A DNA stretch of 55,447 nucleotides from a virus (taxonomy: Duplodnaviria > Caudoviricetes), in IMG/VR virus record IMGVR_UViG_3300033150_000500, positions 1 through 55,447 of that record, one strand, 5' to 3'. The translations under genes and the position numbers were made by a program. Position 1 is the stretch's first letter. Every line of letters starts with the position of its first letter. Below, in pieces: positions 36,274 through 45,377 of the stretch. The notes under the pieces were generated by a model. It searched no databases. It was not told the origin of the DNA and saw only the letters and a list, made by a program, of their open reading frames with translations.

Positions 36274-36537
36274 TTAACTTTTCTTCTTTTTCTTTTCTTT
36301 AATAACATTCCATTTCCCACTTTTGCAATCCAATCGAATCTCTATTTTTAATGCGTCTAACATTAAATGAATACAGCTCTCAAGATTCAGGTATGGTATT
36401 AACTTAAATTTAGACCTGCCATCCGTCCACCCCTCCATACGTCCACCAGTATGATTTAAACACGCTTTTTCAAGGTATTCTATCCTTGACAATAATTCCT
36501 CATTCCTAATACGGCTTCTTTTCTTAAATATCTTCAT
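36274..36537 (-). CDS. Hypothetical protein
   Basis: ORF in operon context. Confidence 0.6.
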   Translation of the reverse strand: MKIFKKRSRIRNEELLSRIEYLEKACLNHTGGRMEGWTDGRSKFKLIPYLNLESCIHLMLDALKIEIRLDCKSGKWNVIKEKKKKKS

Positions 36538-36574
36538 AATTATAATCCATTTAAATGTTTATAAATACACCTTT

Positions 36575-36880
36575 TCATTTACCTGTTTTTTCGTAATATT
36601 CCAAATCATCAACATCACAAATAGAACGAGTGGGGCATCCACCATAAGTCAGAAACAACACCCCTTCTTTAAATCTCACAGATCGTGAACCCTTTTCAAA
36701 CATCTGTTCTCCTGCGTATGCCGGATTTGTCCATGCTTTCTTCCACCCCAAATCCAAAAGCTCTTGTGTGGTAAACGCATGAAATAATTTACCTAATTGC
36801 ACCATATATTCTTCGTCTATTGCATCTTTCTTTTGAGCAATTTCCTGCTTTAGCACAATTATCTTTTCCCTGTTTTTCAT
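36575..36880 (-). CDS. Hypothetical protein
   Basis: ORF in operon context. Confidence 0.65.
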   Translation of the reverse strand: MKNREKIIVLKQEIAQKKDAIDEEYMVQLGKLFHAFTTQELLDLGWKKAWTNPAYAGEQMFEKGSRSVRFKEGVLFLTYGGCPTRSICDVDDLEYYEKTGK

Positions 36881-37155
36881 AACGTCTTTAAATGTTTATA
36901 AAGTTCATGCCAGCCGTCTATCTTGACTTTGCATAATTCAATCCTGGATTCAATCAGATTCTTTCGTGCATCACCGTGAGCAATCTTGTATTTGTCACCG
37001 CCTATATGTTCTACGTGGCAGTCCATAACCAAAAGATTCAACAATGAAGCAGCATCTTTTTTTCCCTGACCTACAAAGTGCATAAACTCCTTGAACGTGA
37101 AATTTCGCCCAAGAGTTAGCTTTCGTATGTCGTATGCTATGTCTTTAAGTGCCAT
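36877..37155 (-). CDS. Hypothetical protein, possible winged helix
   Basis: FTFKEF...LLNLLV..HVEHIGGDKY. Confidence 0.55.
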   Translation of the reverse strand: MALKDIAYDIRKLTLGRNFTFKEFMHFVGQGKKDAASLLNLLVMDCHVEHIGGDKYKIAHGDARKNLIESRIELCKVKIDGWHELYKHLKTL

Positions 37156-37156
37156 A

Positions 37157-37411
37157 TTAACACAAATTATCTACGTATTTTTTTATTTCATCAATCGTAG
37201 CCCCCTTATCAATCATATCACCAATATCTGATTTTATAGTATTGTAATAAAAATCTGCTTGTGCTGAATCTATTTCAGAATAAATGATATTAACATCGTA
37301 ATCAGTATAACTCATTCTGCTATTCGTGGCATAACATAGAACACAACTATAATCATATTGCAACCTATCGTAATCTAATGCTTTGCGAAAAAATCTTATT
37401 ATTCTTTTCAT
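37157..37411 (-). CDS. Hypothetical protein
   Basis: ORF in operon context. Confidence 0.6.
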   Translation of the reverse strand: MKRIIRFFRKALDYDRLQYDYSCVLCYATNSRMSYTDYDVNIIYSEIDSAQADFYYNTIKSDIGDMIDKGATIDEIKKYVDNLC

Positions 37412-37412
37412 C

Positions 37413-38051
37413 TTAGTGGTCTAATAATCCCGGAACATGGCAAACTCCAAATCCTGCCGTGTTCAAGCGTTTATAATTATCACTTATTACCTTTAATGTA
37501 TTTACAAAATTCCAATCATGTAAATATGTTGTTTTCTCATTCCACCACGCATTCATATCTACCTTATGACAAATATTTGATGTCCCACATTGACCCTGCG
37601 TATGTATCGAACAAACATGGCGGTCAAACTGCTCTGTCTTTTTATTCCAACTCATATCATCGAACCAATACCAATCACAGTCGGTCATCTCTATTTGTAA
37701 TGATTCCAAATAACCATCAAGGTACAAATCATCAACGTCCAAATAAATAGCATATTCGCCTTTTGCCTTCTGAAGCCCTGCGTTTCTCGCCCTGCCTGAA
37801 GAGCCAGCGTTACGCTTTGAGCCTCGCACCTTTTTGTATTGAATCTTAAAGAGATTAATGTTCTTATTCCCGTAAAAGTTGTTCCTGATTATCTCTATGG
37901 TTTTATCACAGCCATCAGCTACAATTATCAACTCAAAATCTTTTTGGGTTAAAACAGAATTAACAGCCCTGACAATCTTTTCGTCACGGTTGCTTGCTGC
38001 TCGTTTGTACTCGCCCAAGAATGAGGGCATTATGACTGAGAATTTAGGCAT
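37413..38051 (-). CDS. Glycosyltransferase family 2
   Basis: FSVIMPS, ELIIVADG, ARNAGL..AKGEYAIYLDVDD, HDW. Confidence 0.9.
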   Translation of the reverse strand: MPKFSVIMPSFLGEYKRAASNRDEKIVRAVNSVLTQKDFELIIVADGCDKTIEIIRNNFYGNKNINLFKIQYKKVRGSKRNAGSSGRARNAGLQKAKGEYAIYLDVDDLYLDGYLESLQIEMTDCDWYWFDDMSWNKKTEQFDRHVCSIHTQGQCGTSNICHKVDMNAWWNEKTTYLHDWNFVNTLKVISDNYKRLNTAGFGVCHVPGLLDH

Positions 38052-38204
38052 TATGTAAGCTCCCTCTTAAATATTGCGTATGGTGGCGAATCAACTGTTT
38101 CAATACATTCCCATCCGGCCTTTCCATGTTTATTTAAAAACCGAATCCAATCGCTGTGGTCACTGCCATACTTATTCCCCTCATCAAATTTAAAAATTTC
38201 ATAC

Positions 38205-38480
38205 TCAAATTTCTTCATTTATTTCTTTATCTAAGTTTGCTTTAGCTGTGTGAAAAATCTTACCCGTGTATTTGTAGGTTTTAAAATAATATTCACTAAC
38301 CCAAAAATATTTATTCTTTTTACGGATTACCATTGACGTTATCCCCGTGCTTTCTGTGAACTCGTCAGCACCCTTTTTGGCTAATTCCAACGTCCCGTCT
38401 TCGACAACCATATTACTACGCTTGCCTAATAAGGATCGCATTGCCTTAATCTGTTCTAACTGCTGTTTTGTTACTGTCAT
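38205..38480 (-). CDS. Hypothetical protein
   Basis: C-terminal half resembles 38662-38829. Confidence 0.65.
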   Translation of the reverse strand: MTVTKQQLEQIKAMRSLLGKRSNMVVEDGTLELAKKGADEFTESTGITSMVIRKKNKYFWVSEYYFKTYKYTGKIFHTAKANLDKEINEEI

Positions 38481-38674
38481 ACTATTGTTTTTTCATCTGA
38501 AAGCTCATGTTCAAAACACTATTCTCCGTTTTCGTAGCTCGTTGAAACGAAATATTCGACACCGCTTAGCGTCCCAAATTTCATATTAATAATAATACCC
38601 TTCCGGCTTTCAGGAGTGATGTGATAAACTTCCTGCAACATTTCAAATTTGTGTTCAAATGTTATTTTTCCCAT
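38477..38674 (-). pseudogene. 65-codon gene interrupted by an in-frame TAG at 38519-38521
   Basis: MGKITFEHKF...SYENGE*CFEHELSDEKTIV; the read-through TGA overlaps the next ATG. Confidence 0.55.
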
Positions 38675-38829
38675 GATGTACTAAATATTATATTTCCTTT
38701 TCCGTGATAGCTTCCAAAATAGTCGTGGCAAAACCACTCAAATGTTCCATCCAAAAATAGCACATGAGCGTATTGCCCGACTTCTGCCGTGTATTTTATT
38801 GCTTTATTTATTGCTTTACTTTTCTCCAT
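38662..38829 (-). CDS. 55-aa hypothetical protein (absent from the ORF track)
   Basis: MEKSKAINKAIKYTAEVG...FEWFCHDYFGSYHGKGNIIFSTSWEK. Confidence 0.6.
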   Translation of the reverse strand: MEKSKAINKAIKYTAEVGQYAHVLFLDGTFEWFCHDYFGSYHGKGNIIFSTSWEK

Positions 38830-39407
38830 TGTGAACCTCCTGCAAATTTTCTTCTACCATTGCAACACGCAGAAATATTAGAATGATGAATCTCTGTTTT
38901 TCTTGCCGCACTATTAATTGAATAATATTTTGCAATATCAACATTACCAATAAATTGAATAATTGAAATACATTGTTTTGTATTAATTCCATTCAATGAA
39001 TCTGACATATATCGTTGATTATTCTCTCTCCACGTAACAACCCTTAAATTATCAAGTGTATAGGGCTTATAATCATCAAGCCTGTCGCACGATGGTCTTA
39101 ATCTTGTATTATATCCAGATTCTTTCCAATTATCATATAACTCATGGAATACACGCTGAGAAAACATCCATTCTCGTAATTCACCAAGCGTATATGTTGG
39201 CATTGGGTCGCCACGCTTTCTTGATGTTGCTCTTTGCGTTGAATATATAGTAGATATTAAACCATCTTTTGTTTTTTGGTATTCTTGAATAGCAATATTT
39301 TTACAGTCATTACACCAAGAACATTTCCCATCTTTTGTTTCTGGATGTCTATTAAACCGATTAATTGGTTTCGGCTCACCACACTTTGTACAAATCTTAG
39401 TTTCCAT
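38808..39407 (-). CDS. Free-standing HNH-like homing endonuclease with NUMOD1
   Basis: Same architecture as 8979-9578 (RPSCDRLDDYKPYTLDNL..TW.EN); start placed at METKIC. Confidence 0.75.
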   Translation of the reverse strand: METKICTKCGEPKPINRFNRHPETKDGKCSWCNDCKNIAIQEYQKTKDGLISTIYSTQRATSRKRGDPMPTYTLGELREWMFSQRVFHELYDNWKESGYNTRLRPSCDRLDDYKPYTLDNLRVVTWRENNQRYMSDSLNGINTKQCISIIQFIGNVDIAKYYSINSAARKTEIHHSNISACCNGRRKFAGGSQWRKVKQ

Positions 39408-39408
39408 A

Positions 39409-40200
39409 TTATTTCTTTTTAAGCTCTTCCTTTGCTCGTTCATCTGTTATGAATAATGGATAATGCCTACAACCCCACCTGCCTCTGTCTATTAGTGGGT
39501 TATAGTCATCGACATTGGGGTATCCGGGAAGCGTTGAATCGTTTTTCCAATCATCAATATTGTCTTTATTAAAAACAAGATCGTTACGCTTTATACAAAA
39601 CTCACGGCTTGTTGAAATAAGCCCGCCAGCATAAATAAAATATTTAAGACCATTTTGTTCTGCGTGTGCAGAAGATAAAATTGCATCGAACTGCATAACG
39701 CTGTCGTATAGGAAGTTACGATAATATCTATTCAGGACGCCACTGCGGTCTTTTAAGCCCAATATATCCCTCATACCCAAACGTATCGTTCCCATGCTCC
39801 TATGCGAAGAAATACTACCAAGTAAATAATTCTTTACCTGTTGCTTTACGGGTTCTAAAACAGACACGCTTTGCAGGTAGTTTTCCATCCTTGTCATTAG
39901 CGCATCAAACCCTTTAAAACTTTTAGCATCTAAACCCAAAGAATCGAAATAATCCACATAGAATTTATCCAGCCCTCTCAAATGTGTAGTTATTCTTTTT
40001 AGAAATGGTAATTGTGAATTTTTGTTGAAGGTGATAAAGGCATTGTCGATTTTACCCACAAGTGAAATGTTCTTTGAATTAAACACAGCCTTTCCGTCTA
40101 CGAAAAGCAACCCAACAATTACAGCCATGATCTCGTCATACAAGTCACGTTCAAGCTGTTCTGTTTCTTTTTCAACCTTATTTACAAACTCATCAATCAT
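39409..40200 (-). CDS. Minor head morphogenesis protein (SPP1 gp7/Mu F-like)
   Basis: YFIYAGG..SREFC and RGRWGCRH motifs; after the portal. Confidence 0.75.
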   Translation of the reverse strand: MIDEFVNKVEKETEQLERDLYDEIMAVIVGLLFVDGKAVFNSKNISLVGKIDNAFITFNKNSQLPFLKRITTHLRGLDKFYVDYFDSLGLDAKSFKGFDALMTRMENYLQSVSVLEPVKQQVKNYLLGSISSHRSMGTIRLGMRDILGLKDRSGVLNRYYRNFLYDSVMQFDAILSSAHAEQNGLKYFIYAGGLISTSREFCIKRNDLVFNKDNIDDWKNDSTLPGYPNVDDYNPLIDRGRWGCRHYPLFITDERAKEELKKK

Positions 40201-40202
40201 TC

Positions 40203-40376
40203 TTAATATATTGCAACAATTTCATCACACGCAATAATTAACATTGTAATACCAGAACCCTTATCAAACAAACGTATAAATTCTGGCGTTTCGCCGCCCA
40301 TAAGCTGCTTAGATATAGCATCTGCATTTTCAACAGAAACATTAATTTCTTTTTTGTTTTTAAATAAAATTTTCAT
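40203..40376 (-). CDS. 57-aa hypothetical protein (absent from the ORF track)
   Basis: MKILFKNKKEINVS...DEIVAIY; fills the gap. Confidence 0.6.
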   Translation of the reverse strand: MKILFKNKKEINVSVENADAISKQLMGGETPEFIRLFDKGSGITMLIIACDEIVAIY

Positions 40377-40387
40377 AGTTTTAGTTT

Positions 40388-42223
40388 TTAGTCAACAATT
40401 TCTTTTATTTCAGGCATCGGTTCTTCTTTACGCTCTTTAATTACGGCATTGACACGCTTTTCGATTACCGTCCACTGTTTTGAGCGTGCAAGCTCGTAAA
40501 AGCTAACATTCTTTTTAGTGTAATCAATTTCAATTTCATTAAATATCCACCCGTAGATTTCCCACAACACCCTGCTAAAATTAGTATTAGGAACGGTGGA
40601 TAAAATCATGGCAATCTGCTCCTGTGTTTTCCCACTGTAAGGATAAAATGCCTCTTTTGTCTTGTACCGCCTGTAACCTATCGGGTCGTCAGTATAAATA
40701 ATCCTTGCGATGTCATCTTGAATGCCTTGCTTGATAAACGGGTCTGCTTTGGAATCTGCCACCATCTTTAAATCGTTATACAGGTCATTTAAACTTTTCA
40801 TCTTAAAGTCACGGCTGAATATGTACGAGTAGACAAGTTTTTTGTCCATGTCCGTAATATTTGAGATGGTCATTATCGAAAACCCCCACATATAAGAATA
40901 TGCCATAGCCATCGGGTACAAGGCGTCATATACGTTCTGAAGGTCAATATTTTTACCTGTTGCTGTTTCTGCGATCTGCTGGCGGGAAAAAATCTCAGAA
41001 TTATAAATAGCTTCTTTACACTGTGCCGTCAAGCTCTTAATATACTCGTCCTGGAATTTGATTAAATCAACAGGCGGATATTTGTAAGTAATAATATTAT
41101 CCAGGCTCACGAGGTCTTCCTTATCTCTTGGCATTGAAAGCTCTATTACTTCCTGTGCAGAGGTAGATGTCTTCTGTAAGCCAGTACCACTACACTCACC
41201 ACACAGGCTGTTGTCAGGCAACCGCCCCTTATTACAGTTTGCGGCCTTACACTCACCAATATATTGTACTTTCTGCGGAAACGCAGTAAGGCACATAGTA
41301 AGGTCTAACTCGGAGTTAGCCTTAATGGTTTTCATTAATATCGGTATGGCTTCATCAATAGGAGAAATACAAGTCCGCCCCCTTGTTACAATGTCGTACT
41401 CAAAACCAACCCTTGCGGCAGGGACAAAGTCCAGTTCTGATTTCAGGATGTTAATGCGGTAAATTTTATTTTTAATTTCAATATATTTAGCACCTTTTAT
41501 GTATTCATCTGAAATACCTTGAAGTTCGTCTGCGTCTTCCTGACTTAACTGGTCAAAGACAATGGCGTATGACGGATAGTACATTGTATATCTTTTCAGC
41601 ACAGTTTTACCCTCGTTGTCTTCCTGTACCCTCTCAGGAATCCCACCCGCACCTTTCTCAAACTCATTTAACACAACAAGGAATTGCAATATGTTATTGT
41701 CAAACTGATAATAAATAGCCTCGTGTGCGCTAACCTCAAACGGGTATGGTTTTGCCCGTTCTTTCGTGTTATCAAACTCACCCCACTCATAAACAATAAA
41801 AGAATTAGGGTCTGTGTAGGTAAGCTCAATCCATCTCTTATTCAGGTATTGATCCATTGACTTGTCGCCCCAAAACTTATCTAAAATCCCATCAAGTTTG
41901 TGCAGCTTTTTGTTTTCGTTGTCGTCTTCGTACATCAGCACCCTCTGGACGCCGTTGCTTCGTGGTATCTTGTAGGCCGGCTTCATAAGGTTTTTAGAAA
42001 CCGTCTTTGTGATGTGCATGGTAATGTCCTCACGCTGTTTAAACTGTTTCACACTTTCTCTTTGGTCAAACCTTCGCATCAACGGAGCCATGTCTTCTCC
42101 GGTTATCAGCCTTGTCAGATTTTTGGCGTATTCTGTTACCCTGTCATAATCACGGTGTCTTTTTTCGCCACCAATGATGTCGATTAAAAGCGAAATAGCT
42201 TTATCATTTGTTAATTTCCTCAT
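40388..42223 (-). CDS. Portal protein with an internal Zn-finger insertion
   Basis: 611 aa after the terminase genes; DPNS, ETATG motifs; CKAANC...CGECSGTG. Confidence 0.8.
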   Translation of the reverse strand: MRKLTNDKAISLLIDIIGGEKRHRDYDRVTEYAKNLTRLITGEDMAPLMRRFDQRESVKQFKQREDITMHITKTVSKNLMKPAYKIPRSNGVQRVLMYEDDNENKKLHKLDGILDKFWGDKSMDQYLNKRWIELTYTDPNSFIVYEWGEFDNTKERAKPYPFEVSAHEAIYYQFDNNILQFLVVLNEFEKGAGGIPERVQEDNEGKTVLKRYTMYYPSYAIVFDQLSQEDADELQGISDEYIKGAKYIEIKNKIYRINILKSELDFVPAARVGFEYDIVTRGRTCISPIDEAIPILMKTIKANSELDLTMCLTAFPQKVQYIGECKAANCNKGRLPDNSLCGECSGTGLQKTSTSAQEVIELSMPRDKEDLVSLDNIITYKYPPVDLIKFQDEYIKSLTAQCKEAIYNSEIFSRQQIAETATGKNIDLQNVYDALYPMAMAYSYMWGFSIMTISNITDMDKKLVYSYIFSRDFKMKSLNDLYNDLKMVADSKADPFIKQGIQDDIARIIYTDDPIGYRRYKTKEAFYPYSGKTQEQIAMILSTVPNTNFSRVLWEIYGWIFNEIEIDYTKKNVSFYELARSKQWTVIEKRVNAVIKERKEEPMPEIKEIVD

Positions 42224-42527
42224 GCGTAATATCTATTGTATTTTGTTGTTCAATTTTTTCGGGTGTTGCCGCAATCATATTTACTGTTATGCTTGTCGGC
42301 ATCTTGTTCTCGTTTTCTATTCGTGCCATCTTAGGTAAATCAAATTCTAATAATTTAATATATACCTCAACATAGTCTTTATCTTTGAGTTCCTTCCACG
42401 CTTTCTCAAAATCCTTTTCACCTTTTCGTAACATCTTTTGCACAAAGGTCTTTGTGGCGATAGTTTTTTTGTTCAAACCCCCGGAAGGACGACCTGCTTT
42501 CTTTATATGTCCTTTTTCAAATTTCAT
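42204..42527 (-). CDS. Terminase small subunit-like protein
   Basis: KFEKG...GRPSG..NKKT N-terminus, helical core, PK..R.E tail. Confidence 0.6.
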   Translation of the reverse strand: MKFEKGHIKKAGRPSGGLNKKTIATKTFVQKMLRKGEKDFEKAWKELKDKDYVEVYIKLLEFDLPKMARIENENKMPTSITVNMIAATPEKIEQQNTIDITHEEINK

Positions 42528-42531
42528 TTTG

Positions 42532-42539
42532 CAAATATA
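42532..42539 (-). promoter_or_regulatory. -7 element 4 nt before ATG (probably leaderless late promoter)
   Basis: TATATTTG-CAAA-ATG. Confidence 0.6.
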
Positions 42540-42569
42540 TTCCTTTTTTGACCAAAAATCAAGTTTTTA

Positions 42570-43880
42570 TCACGTTTTTCTCCCAAAACCCCTGAATTTT
42601 GTCTCAAATGCACTACAAAGCAAGTAATCCATCGTATCTGAGGCGTGACCATATTTCTCATATAATACCCCTGCTTTGTTTTTTACCATCTTTTTGTGTT
42701 TCTTACCCGTTGCGTCCTCCAAAACGTTAATCATGTCGGTAATCATTAGGTCGCATGAGGGGTCAAAGAATACATTTATGTCTTTATAGCCTCCCCCAAG
42801 ACAGCGGTTAATAAAATCACGCCTCGTATTAAACAGGGGGTTACGTTTTGGCACACGCATAGACCAGTTACGCATATATGATTTTAATTCGTGTTCTATG
42901 ATGTCGTAATTATGTACTTTTGATGTTGTTGACCTTGCCCTGCCCGAAGCATCACCGTAAACATAAATCCCAACCTCATATTCGGGGTATCTCTCCTGAA
43001 AGGCATCGCAAACATCCTGTGTGGAATTAAGCGGGTTCTCTAAAGCCAGGATATCAAAGCACCCGACATTATAAACACTATCTACCTCGTAGATGTGCCA
43101 CAGGCTTGCCGTCATGTGCGGTGAAATATTGAAATCCCATGAAATATGTATCGGCAGGTCTATGTTATAACTGATAGGCTTTACGTTTTTATCCATGTCA
43201 AAGCAAGCATAGAAGTCACTTCCAAGACGTATTCTTCCCCACTTGCCCTCGACATAAATCCTTCTCATGTTCGGATCGTGTGCCACCTCCTGCTCAAGAA
43301 CCTCGATGTACTGGTCGTCCAGAAACAGATTCATCTTGTAATTCGACCACATCGTAAACACTTTATCGCTTTGCTTTTCAAAGAACCTTTCGTGAATCCA
43401 ATGGTCAATAGAAATAGGGTTAAATGTGCCTATGATCTGCTTATAAGAATCCGTCCGACCTCTCAGGCGTAAATCCAGTTGGTTAAATTCTTCATGTTCA
43501 AGTTCGGTAAATTCTTCGCACCAGATACCTGTTATGCCGTGTATTGATTTTAGTTTTTCGCTGTCATCCAACCCTGTTGTGATGATCTCGTTCCCGTTGG
43601 AGAACGTGAAGGTCATTTTAGTGTTATTTATAGAAACGTGCTTACCAATTCCGAAGTCATTGATGACCTGTTTTATCAAAGTAAACACACTGCCCTCGAT
43701 AGTGGTTTTGAATTTTCTTACGACAAGGAATTTATGTCTTTCGCTGCGGGTACACCTTTCGACTATCTTTTGTGCGACTGCGTGGCTCTTTCCTGACCCC
43801 GCGCCTCCCCAAACCACCAGGTATCTAAGGATTGAATCGAAAACAGGCTGAAAAGCGGGGTTGAAAAGTACGTTAGACAT
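42570..43880 (-). CDS. terL: Terminase large subunit (PBSX-family ATPase)
   Basis: WGGAGSGKS Walker A, GLDD.EKLKS, IWCEE, RLRG, TFNP; nuclease WDFN, GDASG, GHASDTMDY. Confidence 0.95.
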   Translation of the reverse strand: MSNVLFNPAFQPVFDSILRYLVVWGGAGSGKSHAVAQKIVERCTRSERHKFLVVRKFKTTIEGSVFTLIKQVINDFGIGKHVSINNTKMTFTFSNGNEIITTGLDDSEKLKSIHGITGIWCEEFTELEHEEFNQLDLRLRGRTDSYKQIIGTFNPISIDHWIHERFFEKQSDKVFTMWSNYKMNLFLDDQYIEVLEQEVAHDPNMRRIYVEGKWGRIRLGSDFYACFDMDKNVKPISYNIDLPIHISWDFNISPHMTASLWHIYEVDSVYNVGCFDILALENPLNSTQDVCDAFQERYPEYEVGIYVYGDASGRARSTTSKVHNYDIIEHELKSYMRNWSMRVPKRNPLFNTRRDFINRCLGGGYKDINVFFDPSCDLMITDMINVLEDATGKKHKKMVKNKAGVLYEKYGHASDTMDYLLCSAFETKFRGFGRKT

Positions 43881-44076
43881 TTACAATTAAATGTTATTTC
43901 ATAATCAAGTATAGACCTAATGTTATTATCCCAATAACAAATGCTGTTATCCCAAATACCAGCAAGGCGAGTAAAACACCACGTAACATAGTCGCAATAA
44001 TAAATATAGCAACAAATGGGGACAAAATAAGCAAAATTCCTATTATGGCTTTCAGTTTTAATGTGTTATTCATTAT

Positions 44077-44331
44077 TTATCTTTTTAAATTATCAAGTAA
44101 TATTTTATCAATATGTTGGAAAACAGATTCAGGTCTTTCCCAATTTTCTTCTGCATATTTCACAACCTCATCAAACCATTCAGGGAACCAATCGAGATGG
44201 CCTTGTGGCAACGTGTCTGCTAATACATAATATTGTTGTATGTGGAATAATTCACCATGAGAATTACTGTTATATATCCTTTGTGCATATTTTTCTATTC
44301 CCAGTTTTTCTAATATTTTAACAAATTCCAT
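44077..44331 (-). CDS. Hypothetical protein
   Basis: ORF in operon context. Confidence 0.65.
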   Translation of the reverse strand: MEFVKILEKLGIEKYAQRIYNSNSHGELFHIQQYYVLADTLPQGHLDWFPEWFDEVVKYAEENWERPESVFQHIDKILLDNLKR

Positions 44332-44332
44332 T

Positions 44333-44518
44333 TTATCCCCCCTTTTTATTTATCTTTTCAAGACACAATAACTCTATTTCCTTTTTATCAATAACTGTCA
44401 AAATTATATCCGTGAAATCAACGCCCTTGTAAAACAATTTGTCAACACTGAAACCGTTATCGGTCTGCTGGCCGTGAACGTTAAAAGTGAAACCCTTGTA
44501 CGTTATTGTTAGTATCAT
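44333..44518 (-). CDS. Hypothetical protein
   Basis: ORF in operon context. Confidence 0.6.
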   Translation of the reverse strand: MILTITYKGFTFNVHGQQTDNGFSVDKLFYKGVDFTDIILTVIDKKEIELLCLEKINKKGG

Positions 44519-44529
44519 AAAAGTAAATA

Positions 44530-44760
44530 CTACTCTTTATTCAATGTTTTAAATTTAGTGGTTTCTAATTCACTATGGAAACGATAACCACAACAGTCTT
44601 TTGGTAACTCATCCATTTCAATATACATCAATCTCTCGCTCCTTCTTGCAAGATGATAAAAATTAACCCTGCATTTAAAGTCCTCGTATTCCATGTCTTT
44701 CCAAAAAATAAACTTTCTTGTGGCAAGGTTTAGGATTACATAATTTTTCTTCTTTTTCAT
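44530..44760 (-). CDS. Hypothetical protein
   Basis: ORF in operon context. Confidence 0.6.
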   Translation of the reverse strand: MKKKKNYVILNLATRKFIFWKDMEYEDFKCRVNFYHLARRSERLMYIEMDELPKDCCGYRFHSELETTKFKTLNKE

Positions 44761-44797
44761 TACTTTAAGGTTTTAAGTTTGTATTTTATATTTCCAA

Positions 44798-44965
44798 TCA
44801 TATTACCTCTATTTTTTTTACAATAACACCTTTATACTCAAAGCACCCATCAACAGCATTTCGCTCTATGTAGGAATAAACACCCTTGCCCCAGCCGTAG
44901 CGCCTCATCAGGCCACTAATGTTGCGATAGCCGACGCCATCGACTATGTAAATGCTATTTTTCAT
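44798..44965 (-). CDS. 55-aa hypothetical protein (absent from the ORF track)
   Basis: MKNSIYIVDGVGYRNISGLMRRYGWGK... Confidence 0.55.
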   Translation of the reverse strand: MKNSIYIVDGVGYRNISGLMRRYGWGKGVYSYIERNAVDGCFEYKGVIVKKIEVI

Positions 44966-45272
44966 CTATCTCGATCTTTACACTGTAAACAGGAATACCA
45001 CCTCCGGCTATGGATTTATTAATAATCTCAGATGTTACTACAACTTCTGTTATAGCACAATCCTGTAATTCGTTAAATTTAAAAATAAGCCTTTTAATTT
45101 CTCCACTTAGTTTTGATACTGTTATTTCATCTTTTATGAGTTCATAGGAGTGAAGGGACATCCATCTATGGTAATCAGTTGCAAAACCCATTATTACTTT
45201 TGGCTTCCATGTTTCCGCAGTGTAATTACCACCTGTAAATTCTTCAAAATATTCTTCTACTTTCGTTTTCAT
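44955..45272 (-). CDS. Hypothetical protein
   Basis: ORF with AAAACCTT leader. Confidence 0.65.
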   Translation of the reverse strand: MKTKVEEYFEEFTGGNYTAETWKPKVIMGFATDYHRWMSLHSYELIKDEITVSKLSGEIKRLIFKFNELQDCAITEVVVTSEIINKSIAGGGIPVYSVKIEIDEK

Positions 45273-45377
45273 AGCTGTAAGGTTTTTAGTTTGTTTTTAT
45301 ATTCTCGGAATCTATCATACGATTTGTATGCGTAGGCAGTCTTCTGGATAATCTATTCTTTGCATGTCTTAAAGTTT

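Noticed and set aside
30776-38051. DNA glycosylation (T4-like hypermodification) as the cluster's role
   Set aside because: No hydroxymethylase, TET/JBP, kinase or own polymerase recognised, and the cluster is among late head genes; disfavoured rather than excluded
44890-44925. CTGATGAG hammerhead-like core on the minus strand
   Set aside because: No GAAA after stem II and it lies inside a plausible 55-aa ORF
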